From Eledone cirrhosa (lineage: Eukaryota): a stretch of 64,000 nucleotides of DNA. The DNA lies in contig OZ024747.1 of the NCBI GenBank assembly GCA_964016885.1, positions 8,556,001 through 8,620,000 of the forward strand, written 5' to 3'. The notes beneath the pieces are model-generated. The model worked only from the letters and a program-made list of their open reading frames with translations, was not told the origin of the DNA and searched no databases. Positions 13,080 to 25,834 of this stretch are shown piece by piece (the first letter of the stretch is position 1; every line of letters begins with the position of its first letter). Made by a program: the position numbers and the translations under genes.

Positions 13080-16000
13080 CTACTGGTGCATGTTATGAGT
13101 TATGACTACTGGTATATGTTATGACAAGATGTGATGTCTGATGTATATAATGTTATTAGAAGGTGTCACTTCTGCTGTATGTTATGACAAGATGTGATGT
13201 TTTATAAAATGTTATGAGGTGTCACTACTAATGTATGTTAGGACAAAATATGATAATGGTGTATGTTATGACAAGTTGTGACTGGTGGTGTATGTTATAA
13301 GATGTGACTGGTGGTGTATGTTATGACAAGATGTGACAGGTGGTGTATGTTATAACATGTGACTGGTGGTGTATGTTATGACAAGTTGTGACTGGTGGTG
13401 TATGTTATAAGATGTGACTGGTGGTGTATGTTATGACAAGGTGTGACTGGTGGTGTATGTTATGACAAGATGTGACAGATGGTGTATGTTATGACAAGAT
13501 GTGACTGGTGGTGTATGTTATGACAAGATGTGACTGGTGGTGTATGTTATGACAAGATGTGACTGGTGGTGTATGTTATGACAAGATGTGACTGGTGGTG
13601 TATGTTATGACAAGATGTGACAGGTGGTGTATGTTATGAGATGTGACAGGTGGTGTATGTTATGACAAGTCGTGACTGGTGGTGTATGTTATGACAAGAT
13701 GTGACAGGTGGTGTATGTTATGACAAGATGTGACTGGTGGTGTATGTTATGACAAGATTGACAGGTGGTGTATGTTATGAGATGTGACTGGTGGTGTATG
13801 TTATGTCAAGATGTGACAGATGGTGTATGTTATGACAAGATGTGACTGGTGGTGTATGTTATGACAAGATGTGACTGGTGGTGTATGTTATGACAAGATG
13901 TGACAGGTGGTGTATGTTATGATAAGATGTGACTGGTGGTCTATGTTATGACAAGATGTGACTGGTGGTCTATGTTATGACAAGATGTGACTGGTGGTCT
14001 ATGTTATGACAAGATGTGACAGGTGGTGTATGTTATGAGATGTGACTGGTGGTGTATGTTATGAGATGTGACAGGTGGTGTATGTTATGACAAGTCGTGA
14101 CTGGTGGTATATGTTATGACAAGATGTGATTGGTGGTGTATGTTATGAGTTGTGACTGGTGGTGTATGTTATGACAAGATGTGATTGGTGGTGTATGTTA
14201 TGACAAGATGTGACTGGTGGTGTATGTTATGACAAGATGTGACTGGTGGTGTATGTTATGACAAGATGTGACAGGTGGTGTATGTTATGACAAGATGTGA
14301 CTGGTGGTGTATGTTATGACAGGATGTGACTGGTGGTGTATGTTATGAGTTGTGACTGGTGGTGTATGTTATGAGATGTGACTGGTGGTGTATGTTTTGA
14401 CAAGATGTGACTGATGGTGTATGTTATGACAAGATGTGACTGGTGGTGTATCTATTGACAAGATGTGACTGGTGGTGTATGTTATGACAAGATGTGACAG
14501 GTGGTGTATGTTATGACAAGATGTGACAGGTGGTGTATGTTATGACAAGATGTGACAGGTGGTGTATGTTATTACAAGATGTGACTGGTGGTGTATGTTA
14601 TGACAAGATGTGACAGGTGGTGTATGTTATGACAAGATGTGACTGATGGTGTATGTTATGACAAGATGTGACTGGTGGTGTATGTTATGACAAGATGTGA
14701 CTGGTGGTGTATGTTATGACAAGATGTGGCTGATGGTGTATGTTATGACAAGATGTGACTGGTGGTGTATGTTATGACAAGATGTGACTGGTGGTGTATC
14801 TATTGACAAGATGTGACTGGTGGTGTATGTTATAACATGTGACTGGTGGTGTATGTTATGACAAGATGTGACAGGTGGTGTATGTTATAACATGTGACTG
14901 GTGGTGTATGTTTTGACAAGATGTGACTGGTAGTGTATGTTATGAGATGTGACTGGTGGTGTATGTTATGACAAGATGTGACTGGTAGTGTATGTTATGA
15001 CAAGATGTGACTGGTGGTGTATGTTATGACAAGATGTGACTGGTGGTGTATGTTATGACAAGATGTGACTGGTGGTGTATGTTATGAGTTGTGACTGGTG
15101 GTGTATGTTAGGAGATGTGACTGATGGTGTGGGTTATGACAAGATGTGACTGGTGGTGTATGTTATGACAAGATGTGACAGGTGGTGTATGTTATGACAA
15201 GATGTGACTGATGGTGTATGTTATGACAAGATGTGACTGGTGGTGTATGTTATGAGTTGTGACTGGTGGTGTATGTTATGAGATGTGACTGGTGCTGTAT
15301 GTTATGACAAGATGTGACTGGTGGTGTATGTTATGAGTTGTGACTGGTGGTGTATGTTATGAGATGTGACTGGTGCTGTATGTTATGAGATCTGACTGGT
15401 GGTGTATGTTATGCGATGTGACTGGTGGTGTATCTATTGACAAGATGTGACTGGTGGTGTATGTTATGACAGGATGTGACTGGTGGTGTATGTTATGAGA
15501 TTAGACTGGTGGTGTATGTTATGACAAGATGTGACTGGTGGTGTATGTTATGGGAGGGTGTGACTGGTGGTGTATGTTATGAGATGTGACTGGTGGTGTA
15601 TGTTATGACAAGATGTGTCTGGTGGTGTATGTTTTGACAAGATGTGACTGGTGGTGTATGTTATGACAAGATGTGACTGATGGTGTATGTTATGATAAGA
15701 TGTGACTGGTGGTGTATCTATTGACAAGATGTGACTGGTGGTGTATGTTATAACATGTGACTGGTAGTGTATGTTATGACAAGATGTGACTGGTGGTGTA
15801 TGTTATGACAAGATGTGACTGGTGGTGTATCTATTGACAAGATGTGACTGGTGGTGTATGTTATAACATGTGACTGGTAGTGTATGTTATGACAAGATGT
15901 GACTGGTGGTGTATGTTATGACAACATGTGACTGGTGGTGTATGTTATGACAACATGTGACTGGTGGTGTATGTTATGACAAGATGTGACTGGTGGTGTA

Positions 16001-17935
16001 TGTTATGACATGTGACTGGTGGTGTATGTTATGACAAGATGTGACTGGTGGTGTATGTTATGACAAGATGTGACTGGTGGTGTATGTTATGACAAGATGT
16101 GACTGGTAGTGTATGTTATGTGATGTGACTGGTGGTGTATGTTATGACAAGATGTGACAGGTGGTGTATGTTATAAGATGTGACTGGTGGTGTATGTTAT
16201 GACAAGATGTGACAGGTGGTGTATGTTATGAGATGTGACTGGTGGTGTATGTTATGAGATGTGACTGGTGGTGTATGTTATGAGATGTGACAGGTGGTGT
16301 ATGTTATGACAAGATGTGACAGGTGGTGTATGTTATGAGTTGTGACTGGTGGTGTATGTTATGAGTTGTGACAGGTGGTGTATGTTATGACAAGATGTGA
16401 CAGGTAGTGTATGTTATGAGATGTGACTGGTGGTGTATGTTATGAGATGTGACAGGTGGTGTATGTTATGACAAAATGTGACTGGTAGTGTATGTTATGA
16501 CAAGATGTGACTGGTGGTGTATGTTATGAGATGTGACAGGTGGTGTATGTTATGACAAGATGTGACAGGTGGTGTATGTTATGACAAGATGTGACAGGTG
16601 GTGTATGTTATGACAAGATGTGACTGGTAGTGTATGTTATGACAAGATGTGACTGGTGGTGTCCGTTATGACAAGATGTGACAGGTGGTGTATGCTATGA
16701 GTTGTGACTGGTGGTGTATGTTATAAGATGTGACTGGTGGTGTATGTTATGACAGAATGTGACTGGTGGTGTATGTTATGATAAGATGTGATTGGTGGTG
16801 TATGTTATGACAAGTTGTGACTGGTGGTGTATGTTATGAGTTGTGACTGGTGGTGTATGTCATGACAAGATGTGACAGGTGGTGTATGTTATGAGTTGTG
16901 ACTGGTGGTGTATGTTATGACAAGATGTGACTGGTGGTGTATGTTATGACAAGATGTGACTGGTGGTGTATGTTATGAGTTGTGACTGGTAGTGTATGTT
17001 ATGAGTTGTGACAGGTGTTGTATTTTATGACAAGATGTGACAGGTAGTGTGTTATGAGATGTGACTGGTGGTGTATGTTATGAGATGTGACAGGTGGTGT
17101 ATGTTATGACAAGATGTGACTGGTAGTGTATCTTATGACAAGATGTGACTGGTGGTGTATGTTATGACAAGATGTGACTGGTGGTGTATGTTATGAGTTG
17201 TGACTGGTTGTGTATGTTATGAGATGTGACAGGTGGTCTATGTTATGACAAGATGTGACAGGTGGTGTATGTTATGACAAGATGTGACAGGTGGTGTATG
17301 TTATGACAAGATGTGACAGGTGGTGTATGTTATGAGTTGTGACTGGTGGTGTATGTTATGACAAGATGTGACAGGTGGTGTATGTTATGAGTTGTGACTG
17401 GTGGTGTATGTTATGACAAGATGTGACAGGTGGTGTATGTTATGACAAGTCGTTACTGGTGGTGTATGTTATGACAAGATGTGACAGGTGGTGTATGTTA
17501 TGAGATGTGACTGGTGGTGTATGTTATGACAAGATGTGACTGGTGGTGTATGTTATGAGTTGTGACTGGTAGTGTATGTTATGAGTTGTGACAGGTGTTG
17601 TATGTTATGACAAGATGTGACAGGTAGTGTGTTATGAGATGTGACTGGTGGTGTATGTTATGAGATGTGACAGGTGGTGTATGTTATGACAAGATGTGAC
17701 TGGTAGTGTATCTTATGACAAGATGTGACTGGTGGTGTATGTTATGACAAGATGTGACAGGTGGTGTATGTTATGAGATGTGACAGGTGGTGTATGTTAT
17801 GACAAGTCGTGACTGGTGGTGTATGTTATGACAAGATGTGACAGGTGGTGTATGTTATGACAAGATGTGACTGGTGGTGTATGTTATTACAAGATGTGAC
17901 TGGTGGTGTGTGTTATGATAAGATGTAGCTACTGG
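13080..17935. repeat. 29/26-bp minisatellite, ~4.8 kb
   Basis: Unit GAC(T/A)GGTGGTGTATGTTATGA(CAA)GATGT; degenerate at the left edge. Confidence 0.98.
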
Positions 17936-18117
17936 TTTGTATTATACTTTTCAACTATATTACCTTACCCCCCCCCCCCCCCATTATATATACCTCAGCT
18001 GTTGTGGTGCTGTACTTATACACAGCCCATCTCTCAGCTCACTCATGCTCTCTTGTTAGTTCACTCTAACATTATACATTTAGCTTAGCATACATTTTCC
18101 ATTCCTTTCTACTCAGA

Positions 18118-18365
18118 ATAAATTATCTGCATTCATGGCCCACATCTCCCTACCAAGCAGTATAGTTATTTGAACACAAGTAGCATACAATTTACCCTTC
18201 ACTCTGAGTGAGAAGCCCTTTCTTGCCACCAGAGGTAACAGCTCCCTAAACTTCTTCCAACCCGTTCTTGTTGTAGCTACAACACTTTCAGTAGAGCAAA
18301 CTCTGTTGCTAATGGGGTCATCTAGACAGCAAAAGCTATCTACTACTTCTAATAAGCCTTCTGGG
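18118..18365 (-). mobile_element. RTE LINE fragment
   Basis: LEVVDSFCCL...GWKKFRELLPLVARKGFSLRVKGKLYATCV. Confidence 0.8.
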
Positions 18366-19807
18366 CATATATTTATACACATAAATATACTCTTATATAT
18401 ATATACAAACGGTACCTGACTTGTTTCCACAGAGTTCTCACAGCTGAGTGCACTTTTACAATACATAGCTAGTAAATAGTTAGAATTGATTACACACTCA
18501 GTATACCTAGTTAGTAATTGATTACACACTCAGGCAAGACCGATTATGTGCATCTATCTTTACTTGAAGATACCCTAACCATTGAGTTCTCTTGGTTGGG
18601 ATATAGCTAGTCGTATTTCACACTCAGTTAGGACCGAGTACGCTCTCTATACATAACCCTACACACAGTACCCGTTTTCTTTAGACATTGCGTTCCCACA
18701 GTTGCGACTGGTCACGTTCCTACCAATTGAACACTACACCAGGTTTTGATCCGTGATCATCTAACCATAGAGGTAATCCGTAACTGTGAGGTCATCTAAC
18801 CTCACAGTTACGGATTGAACAATAATACTTACACACCATTAATGGGCCTACATACATCCTCTAGGTTTTGCTATCCTTTGTTATTTACTTTACCTTTTGT
18901 GTTGGATAACACACCTCCACCACTCAAACGCCTATCTTAAAAGCCCAAGGGCCTATTTGACCGGAAATCGCACTTACTGACACATTAACCCAAATACCCA
19001 ACCCTACACGGAGCCCCTTGCTGGCCTACATTGTGGTTGCTTGCACACACGGTTTTGGTTACTCAGACTCTCAATGGGACAGCGGTACATACTGAGTTCG
19101 ATATGAGATGATTGCTTTTTCTTCACATGGATGTGTATATACCTGACATACAGTTTTTCGGATGACACGGATGTGTATATACCATAACATACACTTGAAG
19201 ATACGGATGTTACAATTCAATCTATACATGTATAACAGAACACTGAACTGAACTTACTTGCTTGTGTGTGTGTGTGTGTATGTGTATGGGGCTGTGGTTA
19301 ACCCAATATTTTCAATTTACATCGTCAAATTGAGATTTGACCAATGTAGCATTTGTTGTTTTGTAAACGAACTTTCAGTGAATGCTGTGTTGGTATATTC
19401 TTATTCTTATATTTGTTGTTTTTTTCTATGACATCGCTTCGGTGTGTGAGAGAGTGTGTGTGTACCCACTCACACTAATTGTGACCTTCTATGGTTCTAC
19501 AGGTTTGATGCTGTGTTGATATGTGTATATATATATATTTTTTTTTTTTTTCTTTGACCTCGAGCCAGTGTGTATGGGTGTTGAGAGTGTGTGTACCCAC
19601 TCACATTAACTGTGACCAACTGTATTTCTACAGATCTGATTAATGTCCAGCGTCCTTTGCAGCTATGGAGATTTGACAGTATTATGACCCTAACTGAAGC
19701 TGATAGCAGTCGCCGTATTTCTGACTTCTGGATCTTCATATGAGGGAATAAACTCTGTGAGTGAACATTGCTAATTTTCTCCCTCATATCAAGAATTTGA
19801 AGACAAT

Positions 19808-19889
19808 TCATTTTCACCTGATGAGATAATTGATCATGGCTTTACGATTGATCTATCTCTTATTGAAACATGTGTCGTGATTAAAATGA
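19808..19889 (+). ncRNA. Type I hammerhead ribozyme motif (GUC site)
   Basis: TCAC CTGATGA GATAA...TTATT GAAA CA tg TG TC GTGA. Stem I extends as TCATTTT/AAAATGA; canonical GUC triplet at 19874-19876. Confidence 0.75.
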
Positions 19890-19919
19890 TTGGAATTTTA
19901 CCTTGCCTTCAGATTTTCA

Positions 19920-19958
<39 letters not shown>

Positions 19959-20008
19959 AATCAATCACTGAAATTATTGAACGGGTATTTATTTATTTGT
20001 ATTTGATC

Positions 20009-20074
20009 AATTCTGAGGAGTTATTCTAACAGGAATGGAATATTCTTGTTAGTCTAACAAAACAGTCATAAATG
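20009..20074 (+). ncRNA. Decayed hammerhead motif between (TA)n tracts
   Basis: ATT CTGAGGA GTTA [CTAACAGGAAT/ATTCTTGTTAG hairpin] TAAC AAAA C agtc A TA AAT. Two G->A changes at former CpGs explain the departures from consensus. Confidence 0.5.
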
Positions 20075-20110
20075 AATTAAATGCTTTAATTAAAATCCTT
20101 GTTAAACTTT

Positions 20111-20159
<49 letters not shown>

Positions 20160-20554
20160 TACACATATCTACAATATATATTTATAAAAATAAATCTCTG
20201 TAGTCATATATGAATAAAATTGAAACTGGGGACAAACTCCAACAATTTATGCACAGACACAACTAACAGACACAAACTAACATAATTTTCTGGTGTTTAG
20301 TTTTAAATAATTGTCTCTACTTTAGGCACAAGGCCAGCAATTACCCAGTGCATTACTGGTACTTTATTTTATCGACCCCGTAAGGATGAAAGGCAAAGTC
20401 AACTTCGGCGGGATTTGAACTCATAAAGGGACGTAACTATGCTGGAAAGCATGGTGTCCGACCCTCTACTGATACTGCCAATTCACCATAATCTTGCTTT
20501 GTTGCTTGAAGAAGTGTATGTTTTTGCAGTTGTTATTGTATTGTAAGTGGAGAA

Positions 20555-20765
20555 AAAAAATCAAACATACATACCAGCAAAAGAAGAATATCTATGCAGA
20601 ACTGAGGAATCTGCAGATACTCTACCCTGACTATACCTTCAGATTTATACCTGTGATTATTGGGGCAGTGGGATATGTTAGTAACTGCTTCAGTACAAAT
20701 CTTGAGGAGCTAGGCTTCACAGAACCAGAAAGAACACGACTGGTTAGGAAATTACAAGTACATTC
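20555..20765 (+). mobile_element. R4/Dong-like non-LTR C-terminal (restriction-like endonuclease) fragment
   Basis: KKNIYAELRNLQILYPDYTFRFIPVIIGAVGYV matches the K..Y..L....PVIIGA.G tail of RLE-type non-LTR elements. Confidence 0.6.
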
Positions 20766-21323
20766 CAAAAATTCTGCATGTAATAACTCCATATACACAT
20801 GTACAGGTACAAAACATTTGCACATGCACACATACAACTCAAACATATACATCCATACATGCACACACACATATGCAGAAATATATACATATCTACCAAG
20901 TTTATGTCTAAATTCCAATGAGAGAGTCTTGTGTCTATGTTAGAAACCAACTCTCTCTATTGGAAAAAATTTATAAAATTATAAAACCAGAAGAACATAT
21001 ATACGAAAGTGAAGAATAAATATGGTCACTGAACCTGTTAGAAATAGCAGCCAAATGACACCATATCATCTTCAACAGCATTCAAATAAATATGTGAATA
21101 CATTTTTGGGGGACACCCTGTATATATATATATTACTTTTCTTAAGGCTTAATAGTAAGTCTTGTTACTCTAGAATTTCATCTTCTTATCCTATAAGCAG
21201 GTGACAACTCCAGAGTAACAAGTCTCACCATTAAGATTTAATACAATGAATATTAAAACTTTACTTTGGTATTGAGTACTCTTTTCTCTCAGCCCTCAAC
21301 CACATATGGATATATATATATAC

Positions 21324-21360
<37 letters not shown>

Positions 21361-21466
21361 TATATATATAATATTATATATATATATATAATATATAGTA
21401 ATAATAATAAATTTGAAGACGGGTGAAAGCAGCGATTCTTTGCTTAAACTTTAATCTGTTATTTTA

Positions 21467-21511
<45 letters not shown>

Positions 21512-21629
21512 TATATATATAATATTATATATATATGGTGGTCTGGTGGGTGATACCAAAGATGGTGGAGGTCCTGGTTTGGGGTTCAATCCTGGTCATG
21601 GGTTACATATAAGGTTTCAGGCTTTTTAA

Positions 21630-21959
21630 TGGAGGCACATGGCTTAGTAGTTAGAGCATTGGCCTTTCAATCGAAAGGTTGTGAGTTCAATTCTCAGACC
21701 GGGTGATGTGTTGTTTCCTTGAGCAAGACACTTTATTTCACATTGCTCCGGTTTACTCAGGTGTAGAAATAAGATGATAGGGACTGGGGTCCCTATCATT
21801 CCACTGCAAAGTGGTCGTGGAGGTGCTACGACAAAAAAGCACCCAGCACTCACTGTAAATGAGGTTGGTGTTGGGAAGGGCATCCAGCTGTAGAAATCAA
21901 GTCAGAATCAGTTCCCGTCCTACCCTTGCAAGCAGGGAAAAGTGGACGTAAAATGAAAA

Positions 21960-21967
<8 letters not shown>
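21630..21967 (+). mobile_element. tRNA-derived SINE with RTE-like tail
   Basis: A-box TGGCTTAGTAG, B-box GAGTTCAATTC, central CCTTGAGCAAGACACTT; 3' end shared with the RTE copies. Confidence 0.85.
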
Positions 21968-22450
<483 letters not shown>

Positions 22451-22596
22451 GTGAGAGAGAGAGCACAACTATCAACATTTCTATAACAAAATATATTGCA
22501 ATATGGATTATACCCAATCATAAACTAACAGTAAAAATATATTACAGAAACACCAGAATGATGATGATGATATCTACAGTTTCACTTACCACTGTA

Positions 22597-22634
<38 letters not shown>

Positions 22635-22965
22635 TACAGTGGTAAGTGAAACTGTATAGATATCATCATCATCATTATCACCCTTTTTACATCCGCTGTC
22701 AATGCCGGTATGGGTTGGACAGGTTGACATGGTCTGAGACAAGACAGGTCAGAGTGACCTCATCTTGCTCACTACGTTCCATATTTGGCATGGTTTCTAT
22801 GGCTGGATACCCTTCCTAATGCCAATCCCCTTATAGAGTGTAACTGGTGCATTGTTCATGGCACAAGCACTACCACTTTACAGAGTGGACTGGGTGCATT
22901 TTAACATGGCACTAGCACTGCCACTTTACAGGGTAGAATGGGTGCAATTTATCATAACACTAGCA

Positions 22966-23665
22966 CATCATCATCATCATCATCATGAGGTTTAGCGTCC
23001 GTGTTCCACGCTTGCATGGGTTTGGACGGGGGTTTTCCCACTTGAGGCAAGAGTGGCTGTCTTGCTCGCATAGGACTGTCTGGCGGGTTTTCTACAGTTG
23101 GATGCCCTTCCTAACACCAACCACATTTACAGTGTGGGGCTGGGAGGTTTTTACCGTGTTGCCTACACGGCCACATTTACAGCGTGGACTGTGTGTTTTT
23201 TTGTCGTGACACCTACACGATCTCATTTGTTTCGGCCTGGATGTTGTGGGACCAACATAACTTTACATTGAAAGGGGCGGTGTGGATGGGGTGGAGGTGG
23301 TGGGACGGGGGGGGTGTTTTGATAGAGATACCTACTGACTGTAGTAGGTTTTACTTTGTATTTAGGTAAGGCGGGTCTTCTCTATTACTGAGTACCGCCA
23401 AAGGTCTCGGTCCAGTGACATTGTCTTGGAGAGGTGTAAGCGTGTGAGGTCGGAATTTATCAGCTCGTCCCATGTTTTTCTGGGTCTGCCTACTCCGTGG
23501 CTACCGTCTATCTTTATTGCCCTGCACTTTGTTATACAGCTGTCGTCTTTCATGCGCATCACGTGACCGTACCAACGTAGCCTTCTCTCGAGTAAACAAC
23601 ATCTGATCCCTCTTATTTCTAATTTTTTCCTTAGTTCGTTTATGCTTTGCCGTTCACGTATATCA
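22966..23665 (-). mobile_element. RTE LINE 3' end with long 3' UTR
   Basis: Near-identical (reverse complement) to 60700-61606; MMRMKDDSCITKC...GRPRKTW; (CAT)n tail at 22966. Confidence 0.85.
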
Positions 23666-24878
23666 CAGTTGCCGCTTACTCATCCAGACTGAAGGGTCCT
23701 TTCAGATACTTTATTTTTTCCCTTCAATCACCAAACACCATATATGCTCTGCTCTCTGAGTTCAAATCCCACCAAGGTCAACTTTGCCTGTTATCCTTTT
23801 GAGGTTTTTAAACATGTACCAGTCTAATACTGGGGTCGATTCTTCCTCTATATCTATTTCTCACTTCCTCTCTCTCACTTCCTCTCTCTCACTTTCTATC
23901 TCTCACTGGAAGAAAGCTGCTGCACTCAGGCCTGGGGGGGGTGGGTTCAACCAGGCTTAAAATGCCCCCAAAACACTGTATGTCAACAATGGGTTCCCCT
24001 ACAACTCCACCAGGAGTTACAGAACCAAGCTATAGCTACTTAGTACCCAAATGAATAGATAACCAAAGTGATGTAGAGTTTTAAATGTCAGCATGACAGT
24101 GGTAAACTTCATGGCACCAACCATTACATGAGATACACAAATATATTTTCTGGCCAGCTGACCATACATTTACAACAATATAACATTACAGCACATTATA
24201 ATATGTAATAATCAAAGGTAGATATAATAGAAAAACATTAGTTGATAGTACAATCATCATATACAGAATCTGACAAAATCATTAGGGAGATTTATTAAAC
24301 CTTTGGATACCAAACCACTTAAAACTGCTCCTCGTTCTACAATACAAAGTTGTTCATTTTAATGTGTTTTTATTTATGTAAATTTTTCCATTATAATTTT
24401 ATTTAAGAAATTTTATTGAGATACAGTCTAAACACCAGTTTAATAATTAGAAAGATAATTATATTACTAATTCCCTCTAAATTCTTGATTATTTTCAAAA
24501 TTATTTGAAAAACATAGATGGTGTCTTTCATTAGAAATATACTAATGAATGAGTTAATGATAAAATACAGACCTAAAATTGACACAAAGTGACAGCACCT
24601 TAGTAATAAATTAAGAACAACAGAAAATCCAACTTTGAAGACTAAAGATATTCATCATTTTTTCACTTTATGGAAGAATACATAAACTTGGCATATTTAC
24701 ATATCTATATACTCAATGTATAAATATTTCACTTACTTCTGTTTTGTATATAAATTTATCATATATATATATCTATCGATATATATAAAAAATATATATA
24801 TAATATATATATATCTTCATTGGGCTTATACCATTAAGTTCACATGAAGATATGTCACTATCTTAACACCAAATATTA

Positions 24879-24934
24879 TATTTTATCTGATGAAAGCGTA
24901 CTAAAATATTACCCAAAATACATATAGTAAAATA
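24879..24934 (+). ncRNA. Decayed hammerhead motif between (TA)n tracts
   Basis: TATTTTAT CTGATGA ...GTA/TAC... AAAA TA ca TA TA GTAAAATA. Stem I is retained; GAAA is mutated. Confidence 0.4.
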
Positions 24935-24974
24935 AATATGATTTTGTAAAGATATTTTCCATTTATTAATATTG

Positions 24975-25028
<54 letters not shown>

Positions 25029-25130
25029 TATATATATACCGATTCGGTAAAGGTAACCATAGTGAGTACAGTGAACTTTTTGAAATTTATTTTGAAGCTT
25101 TTTCTTATTTGCTAAACCTTAATTATATAG

Positions 25131-25165
<35 letters not shown>

Positions 25166-25170
25166 TATAG

Positions 25171-25256
<86 letters not shown>

Positions 25257-25565
25257 AGAATTACAGCTTTTTGTCACTCTATATATACACTCTGCAAACT
25301 ACAGCTGCCTTAAACCTGGAGCACAACCAATTGGAGATGGAGAGATGGAACCCACATCAGCTTTAAGTGTTTTGACCAGCATCACCAGTAGTAATCACAA
25401 GTTACATAATAACATATATATATATATATACATATATATATACACATATATATATACACATATATATATATATATAAACTTTTTTTAATGCTTCATGTAA
25501 ATATCCAAATACAAGAACATTGAAAGGTTATGTTTACTGATAAAGAGAAAGAAAGTTTGTAAAAT

Positions 25566-25829
25566 ATGATATAGTATAGATGACAGTATAGCATAGGTGA
25601 CAATGTAATATAGGTGATAGTATAGATGACAGTATAGCATAGGTGACAATGTAATATAGGTGATAGTATAGATGACAGTATAGCATAGGTGACAATGTAA
25701 TATAGGTGATAGTATAGATGACAGTATAGCATAGGTGACAATGTAATATAGGTGATAGTATAGATGACAGTATAGCATAGGTGACAATGTAATATAGGTG
25801 ATAGTATAGATGACAGTATAGGTGATAGA
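25566..25829. repeat. 46-bp minisatellite at the Pcdh donor site
   Basis: Unit ATAGTATAGATGACAGTATAGCATAGGTGACAATGTAATATAGGTG, ~5.5 copies. Confidence 0.95.
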
Positions 25830-25834
25830 TTTAC

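Noticed and set aside
19497-19817. Possible second Pcdh exon (CAG|GTGAAA, open in phase 0)
   Set aside because: Translation has no recognisable Pcdh cytoplasmic motif, and the apparent acceptor is the reverse complement of a hammerhead core. Not fully excluded without RNA data.
21630-21700. tRNA gene
   Set aside because: tRNA-like A/B boxes continue into SINE core and LINE tail; no complete cloverleaf.
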